From a virus (Duplodnaviria > Caudoviricetes): 37,565 nucleotides of DNA. The stretch covers positions 1 through 37,565 of the IMG/VR virus record IMGVR_UViG_3300032243_001234; one strand, written 5' to 3'. The notes under the pieces were generated by a model. That model worked only from the letters and a program-made list of their open reading frames with translations. It was not told the origin of the DNA and did no database searches. Position numbers and translations under genes: made by a program. Below are positions 9,088 to 18,800 of this stretch, one piece after another; the first letter of the stretch is position 1, and every line of letters starts with the position of its first letter.

Positions 9088-9537
9088 TTATTTGTCTTTT
9101 AGGTCAATTGAACGCTGAATTTCTCTAATTTCGCGCATAACTTGCGATTGTTCACGAATAACAATTCGCTGACTTTCAAGCATTTCTTCCAATAAACGTG
9201 TTTGTAATTCGCTATTTTTTGCGATTGCTGCTACAGCTTTTGCGTTATCTCTTAACACATTTTCAAGGCTCTGACGAATATACCAAACTTTTACGCCGTC
9301 TTGATCGTCTTTATCGTGCCATTCATATAATGTATGAACTTCTTTACTTAGATTATCAAAACGAACTTTTTGTTCTTTGCCGTCATCAACGAGTGATTGT
9401 ATTTGTTCACTCATTAACTTGATTTTAACGTCACTTGATTGAAGGTTCTTATTGCCCAACCAAACCATAACTTCTCTGGTTACGATTAATAGTAATGCGA
9501 CCACTAAACCCATTGCTGTCATATCTGTTGTTGGCAT
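9088..9537 (-). CDS. Membrane-anchored coiled-coil protein
   Basis: N-terminal hydrophobic helix AMGLVVALLLIV followed by heptad-like sequence. Confidence 0.7.
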   Translation of the reverse strand: MPTTDMTAMGLVVALLLIVTREVMVWLGNKNLQSSDVKIKLMSEQIQSLVDDGKEQKVRFDNLSKEVHTLYEWHDKDDQDGVKVWYIRQSLENVLRDNAKAVAAIAKNSELQTRLLEEMLESQRIVIREQSQVMREIREIQRSIDLKDK

Positions 9538-9569
9538 AAAAGAACCCTCTTAAATACTATAATTAGTAT

Positions 9570-9809
9570 CTAGTCTTCTAGTTGTTTCATGCCTTTTTTA
9601 ATCTTTTTTACAGCATTATCTTCAATTTGTTTGATACGGACGAATGAAACTCCTAGTCGATCTGCCACTTGTCGTAGCGTCATAGGTCCATTCTTTTTAA
9701 TGGCTATCAAGTCACAGTTTAGATCTTCACCATGTTCAATCCAATGTTTACATTCTTTAAACGGACACTGAACTTCACCTTTTACACAAGCCTCTGAGCA
9801 TTCTTTCAT
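9570..9809 (-). CDS. Stand-alone sigma70 region-4-like HTH protein with Cys-rich N-terminus
   Basis: MTLRQVADRLGVSFVRIKQIEDNAVKKI matches the sigma region 4 pattern TLxEV…GVxxERIRQIExxALxKL. Confidence 0.8.
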   Translation of the reverse strand: MKECSEACVKGEVQCPFKECKHWIEHGEDLNCDLIAIKKNGPMTLRQVADRLGVSFVRIKQIEDNAVKKIKKGMKQLED

Positions 9810-10180
9810 TTTTCATCCTCAAATAAGTCATAAATGTCTTCGATTTCATCGGGATTGAGTTTGAATTGGCGAATTGTTTTACGCATTTTCTCACGTTCCT
9901 TTTTGATAATCTCGGTGCGATACTTAAATCTTTCTTCTCTTACGGCTTCATCAATAATTTCATTAATTCGTGGATCATCTTTCAAAAAAGCATCGATTAG
10001 AATTTGAAAGAATCGACGAAATGATATGTTTTCGTGCCGAATCTTAATAAGGAAGTCGGCATACAACTTTTCAGGAAACCTTAAATAAACCTGTCGTAGA
10101 TTTTTAATTTCCTGCTGAATTACTGATGGTTCTTCTTTTTCACTTGGCATTTCGGTGAAGGATGTGTGTAAAGCTTTCAT
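9806..10180 (-). CDS. Hypothetical protein
   Basis: 124-aa ORF. Confidence 0.65.
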   Translation of the reverse strand: MKALHTSFTEMPSEKEEPSVIQQEIKNLRQVYLRFPEKLYADFLIKIRHENISFRRFFQILIDAFLKDDPRINEIIDEAVREERFKYRTEIIKKEREKMRKTIRQFKLNPDEIEDIYDLFEDEK

Positions 10181-11183
10181 TCATTCCAGCAGAACTTTGT
10201 AGAACGAATTGAGCCTTTTCCCTTAATTCTCGTAGTGAACGAGCACCAGAATAGGATAGTCCACTCTTGATATTACCAATCAAGTCATCAAGAATATCAT
10301 TTACTGAGCCCTTGTAATTAACAAAGGTTGCAATACCTTCTGGTGAAGATGATTTACCACGCCAGTTCATCTGTGCTTCTCGTGAAGCCATACCACGATA
10401 TTCTTTTACAAGTGAGCCGTTTGGATTTTGAATAAGATTTCCTGGTGATTCATCTGTTCCGGCGAATAGTGAACCAGCCATAATGGCATCTGCGCCAGCG
10501 GCGAGGGCTTTTACAATATCGCCAGCATATTTGATTCCGCCGTCAATAATAATAGATGGCTTATTTGAGCCACAATCAGGCGATTTACGAGCGTTAACAC
10601 AATCAAACAAGGCAGACATATTTGGTAGTCCGTGGCCGGTATTAATTCGTGTACTACATATCGCACCTCCACCTACGCCTACACGAACAGAATCGGCACC
10701 CCATTGAGCTAAATGCTTATAACCAGCACCAGTAGCAACATTACCAGCCATTAAGTGAAACTTGCCACGTTCTGGTAATTTTTCTAGTGTTTCTAGAGCT
10801 TTCTTAACTGAGATGTGATCGCCATGTGCAACGTCGACACAAATTACTTTTACACCTGTTTTAACAAGTTCTTGTGTTCTCTCGACGAAATCATCTTTTA
10901 CACCAACAGCAGCACCAACCATATAGCCATCACACTTTTTAATAATCGATGTTTGCTGTTCAATTGAATTGTAACGGTGAACGATACCTAATCCACCTTT
11001 GTTTGCTACCGAAACAGCCATTTCGTGCTCTGTAACAGTATCCATTGGTGAAGTAATAATTGGTGTATTAAGTTTTAGTTTGGTGTCTAACTGTGAACTA
11101 ATATCTACTTCACTGCGAGATTCAATATCACTGAAAGACGGCACTAATAAAAAATCATCAAACGTTAGAGATTTTTGAAACAT
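10140..11183 (-). CDS. IMP dehydrogenase / GMP reductase family enzyme without CBS domain
   Basis: LTFDD, SPMDTVT, DVAHG, GNVAT, GVGGGAICSTR (catalytic Cys), DGGIK and YRGM motifs. Start ATG 11183 follows AGGAG. Confidence 0.92.
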   Translation of the reverse strand: MFQKSLTFDDFLLVPSFSDIESRSEVDISSQLDTKLKLNTPIITSPMDTVTEHEMAVSVANKGGLGIVHRYNSIEQQTSIIKKCDGYMVGAAVGVKDDFVERTQELVKTGVKVICVDVAHGDHISVKKALETLEKLPERGKFHLMAGNVATGAGYKHLAQWGADSVRVGVGGGAICSTRINTGHGLPNMSALFDCVNARKSPDCGSNKPSIIIDGGIKYAGDIVKALAAGADAIMAGSLFAGTDESPGNLIQNPNGSLVKEYRGMASREAQMNWRGKSSSPEGIATFVNYKGSVNDILDDLIGNIKSGLSYSGARSLRELREKAQFVLQSSAGMNESFTHILHRNAK

Positions 11184-11442
11184 CTTCTCCTGCTTTCTTT
11201 TCGAAAAAATCCTTCGCAATTTGTTGTGCTTTGTGCCAGCATTCGGGACAGTAAAGATGGACTTTTTGTTCAACATTCTTTACGACAACAAACCAGCTTT
11301 GAACTTGCTCCTTGTTCTTTCTATCAAACGGAGAAGCACAAGTCAAGCAGTTTTCTGGCAAACGATCAAACATGTTCAGTTTTTGATTTAAATCTTTTTT
11401 CTGCTGTTTGTGCGTTTGCTTATTTGGTTCGATTTTTTTCAT
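11158..11442 (-). CDS. Hypothetical protein with CxxC…CxxC zinc motif
   Basis: CLTC…CPEC. Confidence 0.7.
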   Translation of the reverse strand: MKKIEPNKQTHKQQKKDLNQKLNMFDRLPENCLTCASPFDRKNKEQVQSWFVVVKNVEQKVHLYCPECWHKAQQIAKDFFEKKAGEDVSKISNV

Positions 11443-11737
11443 CTATTTCCTTTTCTACTTTCGCTAACTCTTTTTTAAAGAATCTTATATGATCGGTTGA
11501 GTATTTGTGGACGGGATTATCATAATCAGCCCATAAAATGCTGTATGATATTCCATCGCTAAAATTGTCTGGATAGGATTTATAGTAATGGTCTGCTGGA
11601 TCGATAGGCTCTGCGGATACTATTATACCAAAAGTATAATATACAATTATATCTCTTGGATCGGTGTTGAATACATCACCGTCACGGGCAGACTTTATTT
11701 CAAAATCAATTACTAAATCGCCTATCTTATGATCCAT
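11420..11737 (-). CDS. Small hypothetical protein, 'KIGDLV' family
   Basis: MDHKIGDLVI N-terminus. Confidence 0.65.
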   Translation of the reverse strand: MDHKIGDLVIDFEIKSARDGDVFNTDPRDIIVYYTFGIIVSAEPIDPADHYYKSYPDNFSDGISYSILWADYDNPVHKYSTDHIRFFKKELAKVEKEIDEKNRTK

Positions 11738-11753
11738 TACATACTAAATATGC

Positions 11754-11933
11754 TTAGAGTTTGCCATAACCTCCAAACCCGAGCATATCTTCTGTTAGTT
11801 CCGTAAGCAATTTACAAGGCATCTGTGGGTCAAGTTCTAAAATATCAATACCCATCATATTTTCTGCTACAATCTGCTGCTCTGCCTCACGACGAGCTTT
11901 AATAATTTGATATTTAAGAATTTCGTTTTCCAC
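11754..11933 (-). CDS. Small hypothetical protein
   Basis: GTG start after GGAGG, directly downstream of a promoter. Confidence 0.6.
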   Translation of the reverse strand: MENEILKYQIIKARREAEQQIVAENMMGIDILELDPQMPCKLLTELTEDMLGFGGYGKL

Positions 11934-11954
11934 AAGAACCTCCAATGATTAAGC

Positions 11955-11983
11955 AGTTTAGCACGGATCGTGCCGCCTGTCAA
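11955..11983 (-). promoter_or_regulatory. Sigma70-type promoter
   Basis: TTGACA-ggcggcacgatccgtgc(17)-TAAACT. Confidence 0.8.
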
Positions 11984-12468
11984 TCAGCTTTGTTTGACAT
12001 AGTGTTAATTAGTGGTCGACTTGACGTTCCTTTATTAAAAACAACTACCATCGAGGGAAACGGAGCACTATTTTTGCCTTCGCCAAACTTTAATCGTCCT
12101 TTAATAAAAGTGATCTCATTCACAATAGAGCCATTTAAACAGTATTCGTGGAACCATCGTGTGTCCGCGCGCACGGGCAAAATCATGACAACAGTTATAT
12201 CATTTAACAAAACCTGTTCTGCTGCCTTTTTTACCCAATCATATATTTTGCTATATGGTGGATTAATAAAAACAGTTTCACCAGCCCAATCTTGTTTTAG
12301 ACCATCATCATCAAGTGTAAAATACTTTACACACTTACGATTAACATGATCAGCGGCTGGATCAAGTGTAAAGTTGTATATCTTGTTTAACTTTTTAAAC
12401 AGCCATTCGGGTGTTGACCACGAATCTGTTTTGTGCGAGAACATAACATTTAAATCTTCTTTGTCCAT
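11980..12468 (-). CDS. Phage-type DNA N6-adenine methyltransferase
   Basis: WSTP, FTLDPAA, DGLKQDW, FINPPYS and FIKGRLKF motifs. Confidence 0.93.
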   Translation of the reverse strand: MDKEDLNVMFSHKTDSWSTPEWLFKKLNKIYNFTLDPAADHVNRKCVKYFTLDDDGLKQDWAGETVFINPPYSKIYDWVKKAAEQVLLNDITVVMILPVRADTRWFHEYCLNGSIVNEITFIKGRLKFGEGKNSAPFPSMVVVFNKGTSSRPLINTMSNKAD

Positions 12469-12473
12469 AAAAT

Positions 12474-12500
12474 ATATCCTGTATAATAAATACAGGATAT
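12474..12500 (-). promoter_or_regulatory. Perfect 10-bp hairpin covering the methylase RBS (translational control and/or terminator)
   Basis: atatcctgta-tttatta-tacAGGAtat; ends 5 nt before the ATG. Confidence 0.6.
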
Positions 12501-12530
12501 CATAAAGAAGTTATATTTTAAGTATTAAAT

Positions 12531-13316
12531 TTATGCTACTCTTTCTTTATATACTTCAAATTGATCAATTGCTACTGGATTGGTATCATATCTAGCCCAC
12601 ACTCTTATTCCCATATATCCTTTTCCGCTTGCAGCAGCACCGTCGCCATTTGGATTATTTGCCCAAGGAATATATGCACCGGTTTTTGTTCGTGGAATAT
12701 TAACTGTATGTCTTTCTGTCCATACATCCGGAGTTGTTCTTTCTGCAGTATATACTGTTATTTTATCATAAGCTCCTGATATTGGAGAAATATCCATTCT
12801 CATGCCTTTCCAGATATTATTTGTTGTTGATACACTAATATCTTTACTATATCCATATGCATTATAAGCAGGATCAAGACTATCGGCAACTGGATTAGCA
12901 TTAATTGAATTACAGAACAAAGTTAAATATCCATTACTACTACAATACAAACCATAGCCAAGAGAGTTCTTCATATTTTGAAAAGGATCTGGAGGATATG
13001 TGATTGATAAATCGCTGTAATTTTTAAATGTTAAAAGAGTTCCACAAGCGTTCCACTCTGCTCTCGTCCACACTCTCATAGAATATCCATATCCATATTC
13101 ATATCCAGATGAGCTTGTTAATTCAGAATTACCAATGGGAATCATTGCAAGCTGACGATATGATTGAACGCCATTATCTGGTTGAAAATATCTACACCAA
13201 TCACCAGAGCTAGTTAATGGATTTGAAAAATCAGTATGTAGTTTTGCGCTACCGGAAGTTCCACCAATAAAAGTATTTGCATCAGCTAAAATAAAATTCC
13301 AATCACTTTGAGACAT
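12531..13316 (-). CDS. Hypothetical beta-rich protein (G/S/N/Y-rich, possibly lectin-like or virion-associated)
   Basis: 261-aa ORF with AAGGA RBS; function guessed from composition only. Confidence 0.7.
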   Translation of the reverse strand: MSQSDWNFILADANTFIGGTSGSAKLHTDFSNPLTSSGDWCRYFQPDNGVQSYRQLAMIPIGNSELTSSSGYEYGYGYSMRVWTRAEWNACGTLLTFKNYSDLSITYPPDPFQNMKNSLGYGLYCSSNGYLTLFCNSINANPVADSLDPAYNAYGYSKDISVSTTNNIWKGMRMDISPISGAYDKITVYTAERTTPDVWTERHTVNIPRTKTGAYIPWANNPNGDGAAASGKGYMGIRVWARYDTNPVAIDQFEVYKERVA

Positions 13317-13336
13317 ATATTAAATTCCTTTATCAA

Positions 13337-13498
13337 TTATGGCCATGAACCAGAATCGTATGTTTCTGAAAACACAACTGAACCTGTAAAAGTTGGATAT
13401 ATTATACTTCCAGTATCATATGTTCCAATCCAACTTGGATATTCAAATGATTCTTTAAAAGATATAATTGGTGATTTTCTATAAAAAAACAATCCCAT
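13337..13498 (-). CDS. Unannotated 53-aa protein
   Basis: MGLFFYRKSPIISFKESFEYPSWIGTYDTGSIIYPTFTGSVVFSETYDSGSWP fills the gap exactly; AGGA upstream. Confidence 0.6.
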   Translation of the reverse strand: MGLFFYRKSPIISFKESFEYPSWIGTYDTGSIIYPTFTGSVVFSETYDSGSWP

Positions 13499-13502
13499 AA
13501 TC

Positions 13503-14210
13503 CTATATAGTTATATTTTTCAATATATCCCTTGTTTGTTCCCAATTTTCCACATGTGATACACTGGAACCTGGAATATCCAAGGAAGCAATAGCGATAT
13601 TTCTATCATTGCCGCCTTCACAAATTCTATCACCAAAAAAGTGAACTGGTCCTTTTAGTTGTTTTAGGACTTGTTCCTTACCTGTTCCTTTTGGATAAAT
13701 GTCAATTGATATTTGACCACCTGTATCAAATTGTAAATCTTTGAAAACAGGAGCAAGAACGGTATCAATCAATTTTCTTCTTTCTTCCGAGGACTTTTCC
13801 CATTCAACATAATTTAAGCGTTGTTCTTGTGAACAGTTTCTGCCAACAGTAGAAAAATTAACCATACCATTTCTTATTTCAATATGTTGACCGGCTTTTA
13901 CTGGTGCTTTTGAACTTTCTACAAGAGCCTGTAAAGAATTTAATAAATTTTGTGGTGGATTCCAAACATTATTTGCTATCAGTTCTCCACCAATATAAGT
14001 TTCATTACCAGAACAAGAAAACACAGCTTGGCAAGCCATTAATATTCTTTGTGATAATTGTTCTTGTAGCTTCTTGTAATCTGATCCTGACACAAGATAG
14101 GCTTTGTGTGTTAGGCAGAATTTAAGGAACTGCTCTTCAAATTCTTTTACCATTGGTAAACGATTTGGAGTTAGTGTTCCATCAACATCAAATAAATAAT
14201 TCATAATCAA
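13503..14210 (-). CDS. Eukaryote-type phosphomannomutase (HAD IIB, PMM/Sec53-like)
   Basis: LFDVDGTLT, VSGSDY, IEIRNGMVNFSTVGRNCSQEQR, GGQISIDIYPKG and HFFGD…GGND. Confidence 0.88.
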   Translation of the reverse strand: MIMNYLFDVDGTLTPNRLPMVKEFEEQFLKFCLTHKAYLVSGSDYKKLQEQLSQRILMACQAVFSCSGNETYIGGELIANNVWNPPQNLLNSLQALVESSKAPVKAGQHIEIRNGMVNFSTVGRNCSQEQRLNYVEWEKSSEERRKLIDTVLAPVFKDLQFDTGGQISIDIYPKGTGKEQVLKQLKGPVHFFGDRICEGGNDRNIAIASLDIPGSSVSHVENWEQTRDILKNITI

Positions 14211-14257
14211 TCACCCCACTTATATAGCTTTTTATAAATAAAAAACCTAAACTGATC

Positions 14258-14288
14258 AAACAAAGAAACCGCCATAAAAATGGCGGTT
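14258..14288 (-). terminator. Rho-independent terminator after dut
   Basis: aaccgccat-tttt-atggcggtt followed by a T-rich tail. Confidence 0.75.
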
Positions 14289-14322
14289 AAAATGTAAAGA
14301 GGAATCTCTTTAATAAATTTTA

Positions 14323-14796
14323 TCATTTCTTATCTGTGCTACCCAAAGCACCTGTTCCACGATTTGAAATGGTGATTGGATAATAATCATATAGGTCTGG
14401 CTTATCTCCGGTTTGCTCAAATGCCTTGAAATGAACAACTGGAATCAATACAGCCTGTGCGATTTTATCGCCCTTCTTTAAGGTTTGTGGACCAACACCA
14501 ACATTATGTAGATTCACAAATACTTCACCATCATATCCACTATCTACAACACAAGCACCGACAAGTAATGAACGTTTTGCGGCTACACCAGAACGGTTTT
14601 TAACCTCTAACATATAGCCGTGAGGAATACCAAAACGACACCCTGTTTGTAATAGGGCACAACGACCCGGATCAATAACAACTTCTTCACCATTTGGAGG
14701 ATTGAAGAATAAATCTAATCCAGCATCACTTGGATTAGCGCGTGATGGAGCAATTACATCTGGACGTGTTTTAGCAAATTCAATAATAAGACCCAT
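14323..14796 (-). CDS. dut: Trimeric dUTPase
   Basis: DAGLDL, RSGVA, VVDSGYDGE, IAQAV and RGTGALGST motifs. Confidence 0.96.
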   Translation of the reverse strand: MGLIIEFAKTRPDVIAPSRANPSDAGLDLFFNPPNGEEVVIDPGRCALLQTGCRFGIPHGYMLEVKNRSGVAAKRSLLVGACVVDSGYDGEVFVNLHNVGVGPQTLKKGDKIAQAVLIPVVHFKAFEQTGDKPDLYDYYPITISNRGTGALGSTDKK

Positions 14797-14820
14797 AATA
14801 ACCTCTTCTTTCTTTGTATC

Positions 14821-15819
14821 TCAAATATCGTTTGGTGTAAAGGAGAACTTAATCTGTCCAACCGATTCACAGTTCTGGATAATTGTATCTGCTACAACTT
14901 TCCTAAATGTTTCTTCGTTTCCTAGATCAACTACTTTACCATCGATAATAATGTTCCAGCAGTTGACTTCTTGTAGAATATCTGTTTTGTTAATAAACAA
15001 CTGCGATACACCATTAATACGAATTGACTTAATCAAACTTGTAAGGTTTAAGAAATTAACTTGACGAGGACGGCCAGTTGTAGCACCAAATTCTTGTCCA
15101 ATTCTACGAATATCCCTTAATACTTGTAAATCTGGTTCAAACTGTTTGGCACCAACATATGTGTCATATGCTTTTGCTACACCAATTACTTTTCGCACAC
15201 TCTGTGGTGGAATACCATTTACAATGGCACCTCCAACATTACAGTGAGATGAAGTAACATAAGGATAATCACCCCAATCAATATCTAAATTAAATCCTTG
15301 CGCACCTTCAAGCAAGACTTTTGCGTCTGGATGTGTGTTGAACAATTCTTCATAAATATCGATTGATTTAATATCCTTAAAGCCCTTGTCGAAACGTAAG
15401 CCTTTTCTGGCATACTTATCGCGATATGCTGGACCATTACCACGCTTTGTTGTTCCAATCTTTGTGTCTTGCGAATCTTCATGTAAATGCTCGCCTGTGA
15501 TCAAATTGACACGATGATCAACAAACAATAACTCTCTCGCATTAATACCAGCAGCTTCTAGTTCTTTAATTTCTTCTTCTAGAAGACCAGTATTTACAAC
15601 ACAACCCGGACCAATAATAGATTTTACGCCCTGAACAACACCTGTTGGAATAGCGTGTGTTACAAGTTTTTTACCGTCCTTATAGATTGTGTGACCAGCA
15701 TTATGCCCTCCACCAAACCTAATACAGTGCGTGTATCCGCCATTTTTCAATAGTGAATTGGTAATTTTTCCTTTACCTTCATCACCCCATGCTAGCCCAA
15801 TTATAATATCAGCAATCAT
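14821..15819 (-). CDS. purA: Adenylosuccinate synthetase (short form)
   Basis: WGDEGKGK, GGHNAGHT, IGTTKRGNGPAY, EGAQG, GDYPYVTSS and EFGATTGRPR. Confidence 0.95.
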   Translation of the reverse strand: MIADIIIGLAWGDEGKGKITNSLLKNGGYTHCIRFGGGHNAGHTIYKDGKKLVTHAIPTGVVQGVKSIIGPGCVVNTGLLEEEIKELEAAGINARELLFVDHRVNLITGEHLHEDSQDTKIGTTKRGNGPAYRDKYARKGLRFDKGFKDIKSIDIYEELFNTHPDAKVLLEGAQGFNLDIDWGDYPYVTSSHCNVGGAIVNGIPPQSVRKVIGVAKAYDTYVGAKQFEPDLQVLRDIRRIGQEFGATTGRPRQVNFLNLTSLIKSIRINGVSQLFINKTDILQEVNCWNIIIDGKVVDLGNEETFRKVVADTIIQNCESVGQIKFSFTPNDI

Positions 15820-15823
15820 TTTT

Positions 15824-18800
15824 TCACCCTAAAAGTCTAAAAGACTTGCGAATTGAACGTGTTGAGAAACCAAACTGTTCGTTAAAATCAATCCTACTCA
15901 TGTAGGGCTTATTGATGTGGATAACGTCATTTTCTTGGATACCCCAACAACGAATTTTTGTAACCTTACTAGATGAATCAACTACATCTAGAACCCAATA
16001 TTCCTTGCCGTTCTTTGTTTTCTTTACTTCCTTCTTACGAGGAATAAACCAAACGAACTGTAGCTCTGGATCGTATTCACCGATTGGCTTGATACCATTA
16101 TCCTCCAACTTGTTCATCGTGTCAAGAGACATTACACGATTCAATGGGAAGAATCCGGTCAATTCAGTCAAGAATACAATCTTTTCTTCTTCACTAAAAT
16201 CACCTTCTGGACGATAAAGTTCAAGGTTTTCCTCAAACTTCTTCAAGTTACGAGGCCGATCAACAGCAATAGTGGACCAGAAATGCTTCGCACCAGAAAA
16301 GCGATTATCAATCAAACCATTCAACGCACCAGCACGACAAAGAACGTCAAGAGCCTTCTTATTCAGTTTTGAATAAGACATATACTCGTTGAATAGGAAT
16401 TCTTCTACTGTCTTGAATGGACGATAATTGACAATTTCTTTAAACGCAGTCGCGCCAAGACCCTTAATTGCCATCAATGGCTGAATCAGTGTTTCACCAT
16501 CTTCACTAATCTCCCATACTTCACCAGAAGTGTTAATATCCAACTGCTTGATTTTGAAACCAAGACCTTTGGCAATATTAACTGCTTTTTCCTTACGATC
16601 TTCTGGTTCTTTATCAAGGAACGCAGCCATCCATTCAGCAGAGAAATAGGTCAACAACCAAGCACACTGGTAAGAAATAATGGAATACGAAACAGCGTGT
16701 GATTTATTGAAACCGTAACCAGAGAAGAATTCAAACATCTTCCATTGTTCTTCGGCAGCTTTCTTGGAAATATTCTTTTCTACACAACCAGTAATAAACT
16801 TGTCGTATAGAGCGGTTTTTACTTTATCTTCCTTGCCTGTTCCCTTCTTTGTTAGAACTTTACGAAGCTGATTACCTTCTTCCAGTGAAAGATCCTTGCC
16901 AAGTTTATGAGCCATTGAAGCAATCTGTTCCTGGAAGATAAGGAATCCATAAGTATCTTCTGTCACTTGACGAGCAAGTGGGTGAATATACTTAATACGA
17001 GTTGGTGCTTCTCGTGCTTCTATGTAATTCTTATCTACGTCCGCATTTAGTGGACCGGGACGATAGATAGAGGTAATAGCAGAAAGGTCGATAATGTTTG
17101 TTGGCTTGGCACGTTGACAGAATCGTTGAGCACTATTTTCTGTAAACTGGAAGATACCAGCCCATTTTCCTTCATGGAAAACATTCTTGTATACCTTCTG
17201 ATCATCAAGGTCGATTACATCTGGATGTAGAACTTCATCATAATAGGCCTTAATATCATTAAACGTAGGATTTTTGATACCCTTGTGACGCTTAAGAATA
17301 TGGGAAATAGCAGTTTCGATCATCTTCAAGGTAGCAAGACCAAGAACGTCGAACTTAATAAATCCCATTGGTTCAAGGTGGCGAACGTTTTGACCTTCTG
17401 CCCACGGTGTTTGAATTACACCACCGCTATTAATCAATGGCATTGAACGATCAATCTTTTCAGCTACAACGACACCACCAGCATGACGTGAAGCTGAACG
17501 AATTTGACCGTGAAGGGCATTAACGTGCTGTTTGATTTGTGGATACTTTTCAAGAAAGTTCTTCAACGATTCACTGAATTCCATTACCTCTTCAAAGGTT
17601 GGCACATAAAGACCAGCTTTGATACCATTCTTCTGCTTGGCAAGTGGTGTAGCTTCAAGCATCATTTTGCTTGTTACATCATTGACCTCGGAGAATTCAA
17701 TTTCGTAGAACTTGCTAATATCCTTGATAAGCGATTTAAGTTGTAGAGTATTCCAATTTGTGATTGGCGCAACCTTATCCATACCCCACTCTTTAATAAG
17801 AGTTTCTTTAAGAGTCATTGGATCGGCGACGTCAAAGTCGATATCGGGATAATCCTTTTGATTTGAACGCATAAAACGCTCAAATTGAAGTTCCCACTTG
17901 ATCGGATCAATCTGTGTAATACCAAGAAGATAGGATACAAGAGCACCAGCACCCGAACCACGGCCCGGACCACTGATCATTGACTGATTTGCCTTGTCAG
18001 CAATAGCCTTCATTGTAAGGAAGTATTGTGAAAACTTATTCTGCTTGATTACATCAAGTTCACGTTCAAGACGAGCAGTATATTCTTCCTGCTTCTTTTG
18101 AGCACGCAGTTTTAGATTCGCAAGACCAACAAGAGAAAGACGACGCAATTCATCGTCAGCAGTTGAATTCTCTGGCACAACGAAAGTTGGAAGTTTAACT
18201 GTATTGTCGGGCAAGAAACTTTCAATACGGTTCGTGCCAATATTATGTGCTTCGTGAAGCGATTGAAGAACCACTTCACGGTCAAACGTCATATCGTGAA
18301 TCTTTGAATAGTGTTCAAATGACGCAAACATCTGATCACCATTCTTTGGATATAGTTCATAACCAACTTCATCGACTGAAGCTGGAAGAGTCTTGTCGGC
18401 ATCTTTCTTATTCAGCCAGCCAATCTTCTTGTAAAGAATACGGTCCTTCCACATCTCAGGACGTGGGTAGTGTGAATCGGCTGTTGAAATGGTCTTGAAA
18501 CCAAATTCACCAGAAAGCTGAATAATATACTTATTCAACATCATCTGGTCTTTGGAATCATTCCATTGAAGTTCGCCATACCAACGATCACCGAAGATTT
18601 CCATCATCTTCTTTGTTGTCTCTCGCATAGCGTCTAGAATGACTTTTGGGCCACTTTCGTAGTTTTCCCAATAGTCACCAGCATAAATGCCTCCAAGGCA
18701 CGCAGAAGACGCAATAATGCCTTCATTATACTCTTTCAGCATCTCGTAATCAATACGAGGAAAACGATAATAGTTATCGCCCTGATATGATTTTGAAATC

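Noticed and set aside
14821-15819. PurZ / 2-aminoadenine (Z-genome) pathway
   Set aside because: The enzyme keeps the PurA catalytic Asp (GDEGKG) rather than the Ser typical of PurZ, and no dATPase or MazZ partner is visible in the window.
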